63,860 nt of DNA, filler included, from Klebsormidium nitens (GCA_000708835.1; 5 parts of 5 records of this genome joined end to end with filler, not necessarily neighbours in it), one strand, 5' to 3'. Positions 46,351 through 60,182 are shown, counted from the first letter of the whole stretch. The notes: generated from the letters alone by a model not told the origin. Translations and numbers: made by a program.

Positions 46351-49300
46351 NGACGGGACGGCACACGAGACAGCGCAACATACAGCAGACCGGGACAAAA
46401 CGCTTTTTTGACGTCCACGATGACCTTCCCACGAAGAGTCGCGCCCTGAGACCTGTGTGCGGTGATTGCATACCCGAGCATCAGAGGAAAAGTCGCCTTG
46501 AAATATCGCCTCTCATTGTGATAGAGGTTCTTTACTGAGGAGCGCCTGACCGCAACCTCTTTGCCGCCGTGGCAAGACATTTTCAGACGAATCTCATCCC
46601 GCATATCATTTTCAAGGCGCACAGAAGTAACCTCTGCGGTGGCCCCATTGGCAGCACCGTTTTCTAGATCGAGGTTCTGCGTAATCATCACCTTGGCACC
46701 GACCGCGACCCTTTGCAGCTGGTGAAAGTAAGAATCGGACAACCACTCTTTCAGATCGCGTTCGGCAGAGGCGTTGGTGACAACACTGACCTGCTTGAGG
46801 CGGTCGCCGTCCAAGAAAATGCAAGACGCGCAGAAGTTGTTGTAGTCGACCACTTGATCGCGATGGCTGCACAGGATTGTGGTGTCAGCGTCAAAAGTTT
46901 TCAGTGCTGTGGTCTTAGGGACGAAACACGGCCCCAAATAGTGGTTGATCTCATCTTTAGTCGGCTTGCGGTGCCGAATGATGCACAAGAATTCAAGAAG
47001 CCCTGGATCATCGTGGCGCATCGACCTAGTCAAGGCATGACACAGTGCAGAAGACCAATGGACAGATCTGCTTATGTGACACCGCTGGCAGACCTCGTCG
47101 TCGGGAAGGTCGTGCCTGCATACCGCAGGTAACTGAGCGTGGTCACCAAAAAGAATGAGCAGCTTGTTTTCCAGTGGGTCCCTCTTTCTAGTGACTTGCT
47201 GAAGGCGAAAGAAAATCAGGTCGAGTGTGGAGCAATCCATCATAGAGAACTCGTCACCGAGAAAGACATCGGCTTTGAGCAGGACATCATGCTGGAAGCT
47301 ACCAGGATACAAAGGAGAAAGGTAGGTCGACTTTGCAGGGATCGAAAAGCGGTTATGAGCAGTCACCGCACCAGAGCCTATGCGGGTTGCGGCGGATCCA
47401 GTGGTTGCAAACAAGCACACATTGAGAGACTGGGAATAAAACAGCGCGTGCAGAAACCGAAGCAGATAAGATTTCCCACAGCCAGGAGGCCCTGAGATGA
47501 CGTGCAAACCCCGAGGACGTTGCCTTATTGCCTCTACCAACGCAAGCTGCTCGACATTTAGAGTAAAGGAATCTGGAGACGGGGGAGGCTCGACGGAATC
47601 AAACAAATCAGACACGGTCTCCGGTTGAACAGCCGTGGGCCCATGAACAGAGGGCTTGACGCGAAGAAGGGGCTCGAACTCACCACTCTGGAGCGGACGC
47701 TTCTGCAGGATCTTGTTCAGGAGCTGGGCGCGTTGCTCAGAGGCGATCAGGTTCCGATCTGCATAGGATTGGAGATGCGTCTCGATGTCAGCTTCGTCCT
47801 TCACAATTCCCGCGGAGCTGGCATTCAATGAAGTAGGACCCCGAAGTGTTCTCAGGACTGAGAAGATCTGCTTCGAATCGGAACCTGACCGCACCGAGGA
47901 GGACATTGAAAAAATAGGCCTCCATCTGATGCGCCGGGTGAAAGTCACTGAATCTGACAAGGCCGCACTGGCTGCTGCGCTCGTATACAAAGTTTCCAAA
48001 GCCGTCCACACCAAGCGACTGCTTTCGGACCTTCTTATCTTTCGACAGGACAAATCCTCGAAAGTATTCGAAAAACGTGACGTTTTCAAGGGCAGAGGGA
48101 CGAGCGCAGTACTTCTCAATGGGGTGCACAATGACAGCAGATCTTGTGGAGGGGACTACAACCTTTGTTCTGAGAAACGGAGGCGCAGAGTCAATCGGAG
48201 TCACAGAGTCACTCCTGTCCACAATCGAAATCTCCATCACAGACATTGCAGCTTCGCAAGGGGAGACCGGCTGAGAAAGACAGAAGGCAGAGACAGCACG
48301 CAGCTGAGAATCTGAGAGGCCATGCAAACCCAGCGACTTGGCAGCTTGCGGATCTAGGTTGAGGGATCCAGAAGGCTCGCACTTCATTGCATACTTCAGC
48401 AGATAGTGAGACCAGGCATCGCTAGTCACTCTCTGAATGTTCAAATGTGCACCCCAGAGTAGGAGCAACACCGGGTGATACGGTACAACATATCGGTCCT
48501 GATGTCGCGGTCTGTAATAAATCCAACGCATCCGATCAGGACAGAAGGCGGCAGCGGAGCTTGGGTGCGGCTTCCATGGGAAACCGTACTTACATGGCTT
48601 GTCGTCTAGGAGGCAGAGACCAGGTCTGCAACGATGACGCTGCTTTCTCAGGACGTGCGCCTGAAGTTGGGCCTTCAGAGGGTCGTCAAAACGCTCGAAT
48701 CTTTTGGAGATCGGATCAAACTTCCCTGGAATAAAAGCGACAATCTCGTCAGTCACACGTACCACGTCTTCAGGCGCTACCCAGAGGATGATATGAGCAT
48801 GAGGGCTACCTCGTGACTGCATCTCGTAGCGCGTAACGTAGTGGAGAACCCTGCCAAGAACGCCATTTTTAGGGTCAAGAATAAATGTCTTCATGAACGT
48901 TCTCAGTCGGCTGTGAAACAACTTCAAGCACTCCACTGGAGCATCTTTCCAGGTGGCAGAGGAGTTGAAGCGGTCAAGAAATGCCTCCAAGTCATCGAAC
49001 TCCACCCAGCGCAACTCAGTCACCTCGTCTGCAGTCAAAGTCAAAAGAAACTTGGAAGGCCCCACTGATCGACCATACTGAGAAGATCTTTTAAGTTCTT
49101 CCGAAACCAGGCAGGAGAGCCAGCAACACACGAAGGTACCTTGTACTTTAAAACGTGCTTCATGACATCATCCAGAGACGCGAGAGGATTCTTCTTCTTG
49201 TAAGCAAGAATGGCGCGATCATACGCAATGGTTCTGGTCGTGTTCATCAAGACAACAGCTTTGCGAACCTGATACATCAGAAGCAAGTAAGGGAGGTAAA

Positions 49301-50411
49301 GTGTGAAAGGCGAGAAAAGAGCTTTCATGCGGGTGCGAAGGTATGTTGGCAGGGAGATCTTGGAGTCATAAGCACCAGAGCCAAAGGGGAAGAGGAAAGG
49401 GAACAAGGCGGTTTCCAAAGTGACCTTCTCATCGTCAATAGGACGCACAGGAAGCCCACACACGTTGGTGGTCAGCCGCTTCACAACATAGCCATTCCGA
49501 GTGACCAGAGACCCCGTGTCAAAAGCTGACGACTTGTTCAGTGAGGCATTCTGGGATATACCGTCAAGATTGGGGAAAGAAACCGTGTAAAGTAAACTCT
49601 GAACATCGTCTGCATCTATGCTCATGGACTGAAAAGGACCACGACCTCGGTTTGCCGACACGATGGATTCGATCGCCGACGAAGGCAAAACAGGGACACC
49701 AAATCGAGGATGCGGAGACTCAAGCATCGTAAGGTAGTTCTGAAAGAGAGAGTTCTGTTCTAGATTCAAAGCCAGCACGCTTTTCAAAAGGTCAGGGATA
49801 TCATCGAGGTTTGTGCACTCTCCGAGATTCGTGTTCCAAGCGATGAGAGGTCCGTCCAGAATGGATGAGTCTTCAAGCACACCGTGCGCATAGCCTTTGA
49901 GCTTTTTGATCATCTCCAAGCTTGCATCAACAAGGCCAAGCATTTGCAAGTGCAAAGGGTGAAGTGTGAGAAGCGACCGAACGTAAGCAGGCGAGAACAT
50001 TACTGCGTAGTTTTGCCAGGCATACGGTTTGTCCTTGCAAGCAGAACAAGCATACCACAGTCCGGCTTCGTTACGAGTGAATTCCTCCAAAAGAACGTTG
50101 CATAGAGCATATGGAGAAATTTCAGAACGAGGATTCACTGTGTGGAGCTTTGCATCAAAACCTCCAAGCGCAGTATGACCACAAAAAGCACAGCATGTTA
50201 CTCTCGTGAAAGCCTGACGGCAAAGAGCCCTCCAACCAGCCAGAGTCGTTGACAATGTGTTCCAATGTCGACAGAGCACATCTGATTCGGTGCGCTGAGG
50301 CGCAACGGCCATAACTTCCACAGAACCACAGTAGCTGAAGCGAATACATAGGAGATGGTAATGAACGAAGAGGTGAAATCTCACCTGAAGCGGAGGTTTT
50401 GATGAGGTCAA
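46351..50411 (-). mobile_element. Helitron RepHel (HUH Rep + PIF1-family SF1B helicase), interrupted by two single-base frameshifts (~49045, ~47810)
   Basis: LETALFPFLFPFG; GLPSFFLTLTAD (after frameshift repair); YEMQSRGSPHAHIILW (HUH); VVPYHPVLLLLWGAHLNIQ; YLLKYAMK; helicase GPPGCGKS, DEFSM, LFGDHAQLPAV, KVMITQNLDLENGAANG, FPLMLGYAITAHRSQGATL, GLLYVALSRV. Confidence 0.95.
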
Positions 50412-51016
50412 CGCAGATGTGGCTTCGAAGCCTGAGAAGTGCGGCAGTAGCCAAACACCAATCGGCCCGGAGAACCTCAGCGACTGTACAAGTGGGCAAG
50501 CTCAGGTTCGGCGAAGCAAAGTACAGACGCCGCGCGACCAACAACCTGCATCGGATATTGCACTGAGAGTTAGTATTCTAAGTCTGGGTTTTGTGAAAAT
50601 ATTTCAGGTCGTATCTCAGCATTCTAACGGCGGTCCGGACGAGGTATTCCTTTTTTAAAAACGTGATGCTTGAACAGAACATCCAACCAACTCTCAATGA
50701 GCAAGGCCTTTTCTTCCTTGGAATCTACGTATGACAAATCTTGAATGTAATGAAAGCATAGTGCAAGGTTGTCCACAGCTTGAAGATTGTACTGGCGGCC
50801 ATATCCAACGCAGTAAGAAACAGCGAAGAGAAGAGTACGAACAATAATCGAAGGTGAGCCAAAGGCTCCAACCTCAAAATTGCGTCTGTGCTGAGCTCGA
50901 AAGAAGTTTACATCGTGCTTGTTGGACCAAGTCAGAGCAGCGTCGAGCAATGCGGAGAACGTCTCATCTTTCACAACCGCACGTGGCAGAGCCATAGGTG
51001 TGTGAACACTCACCAA
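50377..51016 (-). pseudogene. Upstream, possibly spliced or frameshifted N-terminal coding blocks of the Helitron
   Basis: 130-aa ORF 51016-50624 and an exon-like block 50547-50377, co-oriented and abutting RepHel; could not be joined in phase. Confidence 0.35.
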
Positions 51017-51589
51017 TACACTGACCGGATGGGGATGGGGCAGGACGGGGCAGAGCTTGATGGGTCTCTGGTAAGGCTGCTGAAGGTAGCTGAGGGTGTG
51101 GGGGGTGTTGCAGGGAACTTGAGGGGAGCTCGCGATTTGCTGAAAATGTGATATGAAAAAAATGCTGGGTCAGAAAACGTATATAAGGTTTTCAATGCAC
51201 ACTGCATTGAGAGGAGCTTCTGGAAGTCTGGAAGGTTTGGAAACTTCTGCAGCCAACGCAACAAATCTTCTGGATCTGATTCAATGGCCCTCATTGCAGC
51301 TCCTAAGCAAATCTGCAGCTAAAAAGACCCCATTGGCCACCACTGGAACCAAGAGCATCTTATTGGCCAGTTTAGGAAGAGGCCAGCAAACTAAAAGATT
51401 GATTGGTCGATTTTCATGATTTTGATAAAAAAAAGTGACTCCTTTTTTTATCTACATGCAGGATTCCGATCCGCAGCCATTGAACGGCGCGCGAAATCCG
51501 GAATGAGGCGCTGCTTTTGGACCACACATGGAAACCACGGCCGGTGCCTTCATCTACATTTTACAACCTCGACTCCTAGAGTCGACACA

Positions 51590-51940
51590 ATTTTTTACCT
51601 TTGGTGCGATTCCTTTTTTGCATGTTACCAGTCGAAATGTATGGTACACCAGAGAATATATATGTGGTGCGACTCTCTGCTATGTGGCTTCAAACATAGC
51701 TTCAGTCGAACGGGTTTTAACACCGAAAATTCGATGAAGTGCAGAATTTTATAGACTGGTGCGCGACTGAAACTTTGACACCATGACGCGAAATCGGTGC
51801 GACTCTGCGCGAATTGCTTTCTGTCGAACGGAACATACATCGAAACATAGATTGGTGTAGAAATATTCTATATTAAGGTTCGACTCGGAGTTTTGACACC
51901 GTTCGGCAGTCTGCAAAAAAACGTTATTATTGACACACTA
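51590..51940. repeat. Short dispersed subterminal-type motifs (TGGTGCGAC, TTGACAC) upstream of RepHel
   Basis: tggtgcgatt 51602, tggtgcgact 51666, tggtgcgcgact 51757, cggtgcgact 51796; ttgacac 51775, 51893, 51930. Confidence 0.4.
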
Positions 51941-54561
51941 CAAGCACTCCGGGTCACTACGGAAGTCAGGCGACCCTACGGGTGCCAACGGACCAATCAG
52001 ATTGCGTAGAGCTCGAAATTGACCCACTAAGAGCCCCCTNNNNNNNNNNNNNNNNNNNNNNNNNNNNNNNNNNNNNNNNNNNNTTAATTAATTAANNNNN
52101 NNNNNNNNNNNNNNNNNNNNNNNNNNNNNNNNNNNNNNNTTTCCGCACATGGCTGCCGTATGTGTGTCTAGTTATCCTGCCAGCGCTTCGCTTAAGCTGG
52201 CCAACCGTCACACAATGGCTGCCAAAATTGCTCGCTTTGGGTGAGGACAGCAGCAGCTGTGGCGCATCAAACATCAAGGCTTTCAGAGCTTTGGAAAGCT
52301 GTGCTCAAGCCCTGCCTGACGAGACTAGGTGTAGGTTGTATTCAGCTTTCTGCAAGTATTACCCTTCTGGGGAGTTTCTCAAAGCATTTTGGTGGTGCCA
52401 GGACAGCAGCGGGACAGTGCTCAATTTGCTTCGTTGCCTGCAAAGGGGTGATTGTGAATGTAGCCAGCTCCAAGGGCACTGCAGCGATTTTTTGAGCGGC
52501 GGCCCTATTCTATCCTAGTTATGCAAGGTCTCCGCAAAGTCCAGACTCAAGAGAGAAGCTCCAGCTGATTGCAACGCAATGTGGATGGCTCGTGGATAGG
52601 AGCGTGCAGACCGTGCGCTGGCCCCAGGTCACGGCGGATGCATTGAGGATGCATTGGCAGCGGGCAGGTTCACCGCCTGGAGCAAGCATGGGTGAAGTGT
52701 GTGGATTGCATTCTAATTGTTGAATGTTGCATGGGGATGGTGTTGCTCATGTCGGTTTTAAGGTGCACTAATTGTTACCTCTCTTTCTGAGTAGCTTTTC
52801 ATGTTAGCTTGGCATTTGGTTTTGGGACCTGGTCGGATCATCTTCTTCTTTTTTGAGCCGGGCACCACCTTATTGCTTCAACCACTTCATGGCATGGATG
52901 CATCATCAAGCTGGTAAGTATTGACCTGTTACTTCACTTAGACTTTTTCTATTTGCATCTGGCGTCACCCGCGGAAAATGCCGGATCCTTCCTGCAAGGT
53001 TTCAGCTAGTAAGTAAACCCTTTGTCATTTCAGCCATCGCGGGCAATGTTCGTTCTCTTGTCTTTTGTCCCTTAACGCGGAGCTCAGTATATCCATCCAT
53101 ATTGTAGCCTCTGTCTCAAAAGCATTCAGTCTAAGTCCAAGCATCAGCGTCGCGCCTTTGCTCAAAGCCCAAAGTCAATTCGAATTGTGCCGTGGCAATG
53201 TTGCATGCTCTTTTGGCTATACCCATGCTTCTTGTATTCAAGTTGTGCCACCTTCGCTGCAATGTTGCATCTCGTGCTCCTTCAATGTAAGCCCATGCCG
53301 ATCATGCAGCTCGCGGTCTAGTGTTTGGTTTTGCAAAGCGCTGGTTCCTTTTAAGAAAAGATCCCCAAAGCTAAGAAGTACGGGGCAGGGGTTTTTTAAT
53401 GGCCCGGCGCCTTGCATTCCAACCTAGACTGCCATCAAGATGCCGCACGAGCTATCATCCTTCGACGCCTACCAGATGCTTCCTACCTGATCCGCTGTTA
53501 CGAACATCCGGGGCCTATACAATTCAGAGTCGGTTGGCAAGCACTTGTTGGTCAATGTTTTGAAGCCCTTTGAAGAAGCCTAAGCGTTTTATTGATTAGA
53601 CGGTAGGCTGCATAAATCTGGAGTTGTAGCATCGGTACGGTGTCTGGAAATAGCTGGTAGGTTGTTGTTCACCGCCATAAGCAAAAACCTCCAAACTCAA
53701 ACAATTGTATGCCATGAGAAGCCTATGGCTGCACTGGCTACGGCGTAACGAAAAGAGACCATCATTTGTGATTGTTAGGTTTGTGTTGCTAATCGGTGAT
53801 TGGTTGTAGGCTCAGCTCGTTTTTGACTCAATCTCCAGCAGCATCAGTGAGTCACGCCGGGCCTAGCCCCATGAGAACACACACAACATTAGGCAAATAA
53901 CAGGTAATAAGAAGCTTGAGAGACTTCACAAGCAACCTATGGTGGGTACCGGGAGTATCGACGCCGACGTAGGAGTTGAAGCTTCAACTTGAAAATGGCG
54001 CCTCCTTCCTCAGCAGCAGAATTCTAGGCATAGCGACTACAGGTGCATTTCTCCACCATATCACCCGCACAATAGCTCTTTAGAAAGCTCTGCTCAAGGG
54101 CTTCCCATTGATACCAGGTGCTCCCGCCCCTTCAAAGCCGGTGTTATTCAGTAACAGGGTCAGATCTGCTGCACACACTTAAGAAAGCAGTTCTGCAGCG
54201 CTTATGCACCACATGTTGCAGAAGGTAAGAACCGAGCTCTTCTCCCTAGGCTTACCTTTGCTTTGCTTCGCTTGTTACGTGCATTGCTTCTGCTCTGGCT
54301 GCCTTCGCTGCATCACATTCTACCTTGGCGGAATTACCACAGGCATTGTATGCTTTGTGCTTTTGTGCGATCCGTAGCTTGCATCCCAGGTGTAGCTCAC
54401 TCCATTCAATGATTGCCATCTGCTTGCTGTTGTTGCCTGCTGTCCCTTGCCCTTGTCCACCACCACTTCCATCACCATCCACACACGTACCGCTCTCACT
54501 GCACAAGGCGTGGATCTCACTTGCGGCCTCCCCCCCACGTTAGGAGGTGGCCCTAGCCACA

Positions 54562-54715
54562 CTCACAAAGGTGGTCTAACTACTTCCACTGAGGTAACCT
54601 TGGCCAAATTGAGACGGCCTGGTTGCATCCACAATCACAGAGGTGGTCTGACCACATTCACTGAAGTAACCCTGGCCAATTTGAGGCGGTCAGGTTGCAT
54701 TCACAATCACTGAGG
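54562..54715 (+). repeat. 72-bp tandem repeat (2 copies plus a partial) upstream of the LINE ORF
   Basis: cacaaaggtggtctaactacttccactgaggtaaccttggccaaattgagacggcctggttgcatccacaat versus cacagaggtggtctgaccacattcactgaagtaaccctggccaatttgaggcggtcaggttgcattcacaat. Confidence 0.8.
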
Positions 54716-54999
54716 TGGCATTCAGGCATTGCCACATTCACAATCACAAACCGACTGTGGTGGTCAAGCTTACAGTCACACTGAGGTGGCTGTTTCTAGA
54801 CTCACTTGCACCAAAGCAGCTTTTTCTTACACCCACAATCTGAGTGCGGTGGCCATGCCATACTCACCTTGAAGTGCTTGAGGCTACACATTTGCAAGCT
54901 GTGAGGTGACTTCTGTCACAATCAGAACTCTGAGGCGCTAACGCCATATCCAAAAGCTTGCGAAGCTTGAAGTGATCCAGATCTAAGTTGCAATGATCG

Positions 55000-57900
55000 A
55001 TGTCTTTTTTGGCCTGTTCTGGGCTCATCTATCTAATGGCTCCCTCATCGCAATCTTTCCTCAGAATTGGCTCTCTCAATTCTGCAGGCAAAGCAGCTGC
55101 AAATACCCAGGAGCTCAAGGACCTGCTCAACAACGTCTCATTTGATATCCTAGGCCTCCAGGAGTTGAGGAACAATCGAGCACTGCAAGTCCCTGGCTAT
55201 GACTGGCTTTCTGGATTAGAGCCTTTTGAACGACCAAAACACCATCTTGGGTTAGGCGTGCTGGTCAAAGCGGACATTGCAGCTGTCGTCACCATCGCCA
55301 ATGTAAATCCAGTGCACGAATTCATGTGGCTCAAATTAACTGGTAAAGCCAGCGTGCATGATACTTATGTATGCTTTCTCTATTCACCACACTCGAACCA
55401 TATAACAACCAAGAGGGAAGCCTTTTATGCAGAACTGCTTGACTCTTCCTCGGAGTATGCTGCTAAAGGGGACGTCCTTCTGCTAGGTGATTTTAACGCA
55501 CGCATTGGTGCGCATGCGGGGGACAGAACAACTAATAGAAACCGCCCGCAGCTCTTAACTTTTCTTAGGTCAGCTTTCTCGGATGGGGAGCAGGACCACT
55601 ATCGTTGGCATTGTAAATCCCAACTTTGGTGGCAGGTCCGTTCCAACATTCCAGAAGAGGGGCCAAACATCCATCATTGACTATGTGGTGACTGCTCAAG
55701 AATCTCTTGCTCGAGTCTCTAATTTTCACATCGAAACGAACACTCAAGCCCTCGGCGCGAATGCTATTGGTAGTGACCATCACCTCCTTTATGCAGATTG
55801 GCGGCTTGAAGTGGACGTCCCTGTTTTGAACACCACCAACAGGCTCATCTGGAAGAAAGAGTAACTCCAGGACCCTGAGGTCAAACAAGCCTTTCAAACA
55901 GCGCTCGCCCGCCATCTTGCCAGTGGTAAGTGGCGAGAATCTGCCTCCGTTTTCTTCGACCTTCCCGACCTGCAACAACTGCCCACTGAATTTAGTCAGC
56001 ATGGATTTGACATGGCTTACCATAATTTTATCATGGCAGTCAACCTGAGCTTAAAAGAAACAGTGCCTGTCAAGACATTCGGTCCTAATGCTCGGTCCTG
56101 TTGGGACGCAGAACTCCAAGACTTAGTTGAACTCCGCAGTGCAGCACACTCAGAGCTTAAGAGTTTCACCGAGCATAAGGAGGATGCCGAGCTAGTCAAT
56201 AATCCTGCTTACACAGAGTTGTGGAACAAATATGTTCAGTTACGCCGTCAAGTTCACACGCTTGCGGCCAATAAGAAAAAGACATTTCATCAATCGCTAC
56301 TTTCAAAGTTGGAAGCTGAATTTGTGTCAGACCGCACACATTTTTACAAAGCGATTGTCAGATTGCGCAAAAAGGGCAACACCTTCGGTGCATTGCGGAC
56401 TCTTCGAACCTCCCCTGATGCAGGAGCTGATATTACATCAGACCCAAACGAGATAAAGAACAATTTGTTCAGCTTGCACTCTTCCATGGGCCGTCATGAT
56501 CCCGACGACCACCGTTTTGATTGCCAGCACCTTGAGGAAATCGAACAAGCAGTCCAAGCTGTACCAACAAACGAACAAGGGCCCGTTTTTTGCGAGCAAG
56601 CAATCCTGTCAGATGAAGTGAAGTCTGCTCTCTCCCTCCTGCAGAACAACAAGGCCGTAGGGCTGGACACAATTTGCAACGAATCGCTTAAAGCTGGTGG
56701 CCCGGTCTTGGTAAGTGCCTTGACCTTGCTTTTCAATTTTATTTGGAACCATGCTGTCGTTCCTTCCATTTGGCACCGCTCCACAATTTGCTTGATCTTC
56801 AAAAAGAATGGGGCTGATCCTTTGGAAGCCAAATCATACCGCCCGATCTCTCTCACTTCATGCGTGGAAAAGGTGTACGAACGTGTTAAACTGAATCGGC
56901 TCAGAGAACACTTTGAAACAGCTGGACTGATTCCAGAAGAGCAGGCAGGGCTTCGGCCCAATCGTGGAACGCGCGACCAGACATACATACTTCGAGAAAA
57001 TACTGACGCTAGATCGGCTGACAAACAGAAGACAATTCTCACTTTCGTAGACCTGACAAATGCTTTTCCAAGTGCTTGGCACGACGGTATGTGGCACCGC
57101 CTCTTACAATGTGGCGTCCGTGGGAAGATGTACCGCAGCATCCGGGCCATGTACCAATCTTGCTATTCCGCTTTGCAAACCCCCTCTGGCCTAACAGACT
57201 GGTTCTCTACAAATCTTGGAACACGGCAAGGTTCTGTCTTGTCTCCCTTTTTGTTCTCCTTGTTGCTCTCCCCTCTAGCAACACACCATAAAGACAAGGG
57301 GTTTGGTTTGCCGGTAGCAGGAACGAAAATCGCTTGTCTCCTTTATGCTGATGATCTGGTGCTAGTGGCAGATTCTGAACTAGAGATGCGTGCTATGATG
57401 CAGGAAGCGACGGAATTCTTCCACAAGTGGCGGTTTAGTGTTAGCGGCAAGAAGACCCAGGTCGTGTCCTGCGGTGCTGGCGAGGCGCGCACCCTCCTCG
57501 ATCGTACCTGGTCGATTGGAGCAGAGACCATCGAAGAGGTATGCTCATACAAGTATCTTGGCATACACTTTGAAAAGAGTGGACTCTGGAAAAAGATGCT
57601 GTCTGTAAATCTAGACAAAGCGAATAAAGCCTACAAGCAGCTCTATCAGATCGGATATGGTGACTCAGGGCTCCAAATCGGACAATCAGCCGAGCTCTGG
57701 AATCTGTTTGCTCGCCCGAAATTGCTGTATGGTGCAGAGGTCTGGTCAGCCACCTCAGCAAAGCTTAGGAAACAGATTGAAAGCGCGCAGGCCCAAGCTG
57801 CAAGACGAGTTTTTGGCAAACAGGGCAATGCTTCAGTAATTAATGAAGCTCTTTTAGGGGATTTGGGTTGGATGTCAGCAAGCTCTCATATAGCAGAGGC

Positions 57901-58648
57901 GAAACTAAATTTTTATGGTCATATGTGTCGCCTTGGCGATCACTGTCTCATAAAAAGGGTGTTTTTAGCCCGCCGTCAGGACTTCTTAAACCAATGCAAT
58001 GTTGCTGGCGTTTCTTGGATTCAAAATAGATCGTGGCATTCCGAAGTTTTAAAGCTCTTTGCGGACCTCCAAATTCCGTTGTTAAGCGCCCCTGGGCATG
58101 CAGCTGGTTTTTCCAAGTACGAATGGAAAAAAGTAATCCGCGCCGCCGTCGTTAAAATGGACAGTGCGTTGTGGCTTCAAAACTTGGATCGCACAGACTC
58201 AGGCAAGCACTATAAGCTGATCAAAATTCAATACGGGCGTGAAGATTATATCTTTCAGCATGATCGCAAATCAACCAACCTTAAATTCTATCTGCGCTCT
58301 CGCTCATTTGGCCTTCGCTCGAGGATATTTCATGGACCAAACGCCGCAGCTAACAAGGTTTGCAAGTTGTGCACTGCCGGGGTTGAGGAAGATGAAGTTC
58401 ACTACCTTCTAAACTGCCCTGCTTTCACAGTTGCACGTAGGCTGTTTGCATCCGACCTAAAGAACCGCCTTGCCACGGATTCTCCTACAGAATTTTCAGA
58501 GATTGTTTTGGCCCCTCCAAGATTGCAAATGGCTTTCCTTCTAGGCAGATCTGAACCCCACTGGCACAAAGGAGCTACTGAACGAATTGACTCCTCTATC
58601 CGCCCGTTTCTGCAAACATTGGCCGTCGAAAGACAACAAATGAGTTAA
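55000..58648 (+). mobile_element. Non-LTR retrotransposon (LINE) ORF2: APE endonuclease + reverse transcriptase + C-terminal Zn motif; one frameshift (~55590) and a premature TAA (55862)
   Basis: APE: RIGSLN, DILGLQE, LLGDFNARIG, IDYV, GSDH. RT: YRPISL, FVDLTNAF, QGSVLSPFLF, YADD, YKYLG. C-terminal CKLC...EDEVHYLLNC. Confidence 0.93.
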
Positions 58649-58755
58649 GTTTCAACGGCCTTGCTGCCAGCTAACAATTCGGGCTGCACCCGTGCAATCT
58701 CTCATGTGAACCGTCCAAGCTAATCAGCTTCGCTTGCTTTCCTTTATCAGATTCT

Positions 58756-60182
58756 ATGGGCAGGCATCCGGCCAAAAATAAACGATCCAAGATCAGAAAA
58801 CCTGCGGCAACCCCTCCCAACTTTGTGATGGCCGACCAGGACGAGGACAAGCCTATACTGCCGCCAGCAACCGGCAAAAAAACGGGGGGCCGAGTCTGCG
58901 AAAGTCTCCGAGCAGATTGCAGGCAAAGAGGACGCGAGCCAACTCTCTGCTCTTCTAGAGGGAAAGCCGGTGGACCCAGAACCGAAACCACTGGGTAAAA
59001 GAGAACGCGAATCTGTGGGGTCAGGGGCAAAAGCGGACGGCGAGGGGGAGGGCTTGAGTCTGAAGAAAGTCAAACGAGCAGTGTTGAACCGGGAGTCGGT
59101 GCGCGCCATTGTGCAAGAGGAGAACGGGTTGCTGCTAGTTGGAACGGAGAACAAGATGCGGGTTGTGATTCGCGAAGAGCTCAAAGCCCTCCTCGGGATT
59201 TCGAGTCCAGGTGACACGTTGCAAGCCGCCCTCACCCGAGCCTACCAAGAAACCCTTAGAGCGGCCCTCATAGATGGCCAACCAAAACCGGAGCCATACG
59301 CTTCGTTTGTGTCAGGAACCCTTGGGCCTCGGCGCGCGGACTGGGGGGACATTGCCAAGCTGAGTGCAATAGGCTCAACGTTGGACGACGTTGAAAGGCT
59401 GGTCAAGAATAAGGCGGATGCGGATGCCGTACGCGAGCTGAAGAATATTGCGCTGGACGGGAAAGCAGTTTTGGACAGCCTCAAGTTCAACGAAACCTCT
59501 AGGGACCAGAAACTCGACCACCTTCGCAACTTGCTTGCTAGCGGTGCCGGCGCTTCTCAGGCGTCTCTCCTGCAAAATCCGTTTAGCAACCCCTGGGGAT
59601 CCCAACTCGCAACTCCCTCTAGCGGCCTTGGCGGAAGCGGGCCCCAAACGGTTCAGTCCCTGGCAGCCCTTGGGCAACCCCCCCCCTCCTTTGCGGCCGC
59701 CGTCGCTCCCGTGTTAGATCCCCGCCAGGCTCAGACCCAGTCCGCCGGTGGAACCCTCCCCGTCCGATTTGGAGGAAGCCAAGGCCGCAGAAGCTCGCGC
59801 AGCTCTCGCTGCTCGGCGGTTGGCCGACGATCGCCTCGCAGTTGCAATACGCGCAAAAATGGCACAGGGGCGTCTGATCGATGCGGAGGGACTCCCCAGG
59901 ACTGCGGACGGCATCAAGGCCCTTCTCCGCGACAGCCTGGACTTCCCGGCGGCGGCCATTGAAGCAGCATCCAAGTTCGTTATAATCAAGCCTAGAGCAG
60001 GAACGGGCGACGCAACCCGCACATGCAAGGTTAGCTTTTCAAATGACTCGCGCAGAGCAGGCTTCCTTGCTGTGGCTGCAAGTGACCACGTAGCCGGCAA
60101 GCTAGGAAGAAAGAATCTCACGATTGACGGATGGCAGTCAAAGGGAGATATGTCATGCGTGTTTGAGTCGAGCCCCAATTGA
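58756..60182 (+). pseudogene. LINE ORF1-like gene (basic N-terminus, helical region, C-terminal RRM-like segment) in three frameshifted pieces, downstream of ORF2
   Basis: Overlapping same-strand ORFs 58756-58998, 58970-59962 and 59748-60182. The last contains FVIIKPR...TRTCKVSF...RRAGFL...KLGRKNLTID, resembling the RRM-CTD of LINE ORF1. The assignment is inference. Confidence 0.5.

Noticed and set aside
43085-46538. Long ORFs in the track containing X runs, including helicase fused to the coiled coil
   Set aside because: Open only because Ns contain no stop codons; the fusion cannot be asserted.
52140-54440. Exon-like fragments on both strands upstream of the LINE
   Set aside because: Could not be assembled in phase; multiple stops; no recognisable domain.
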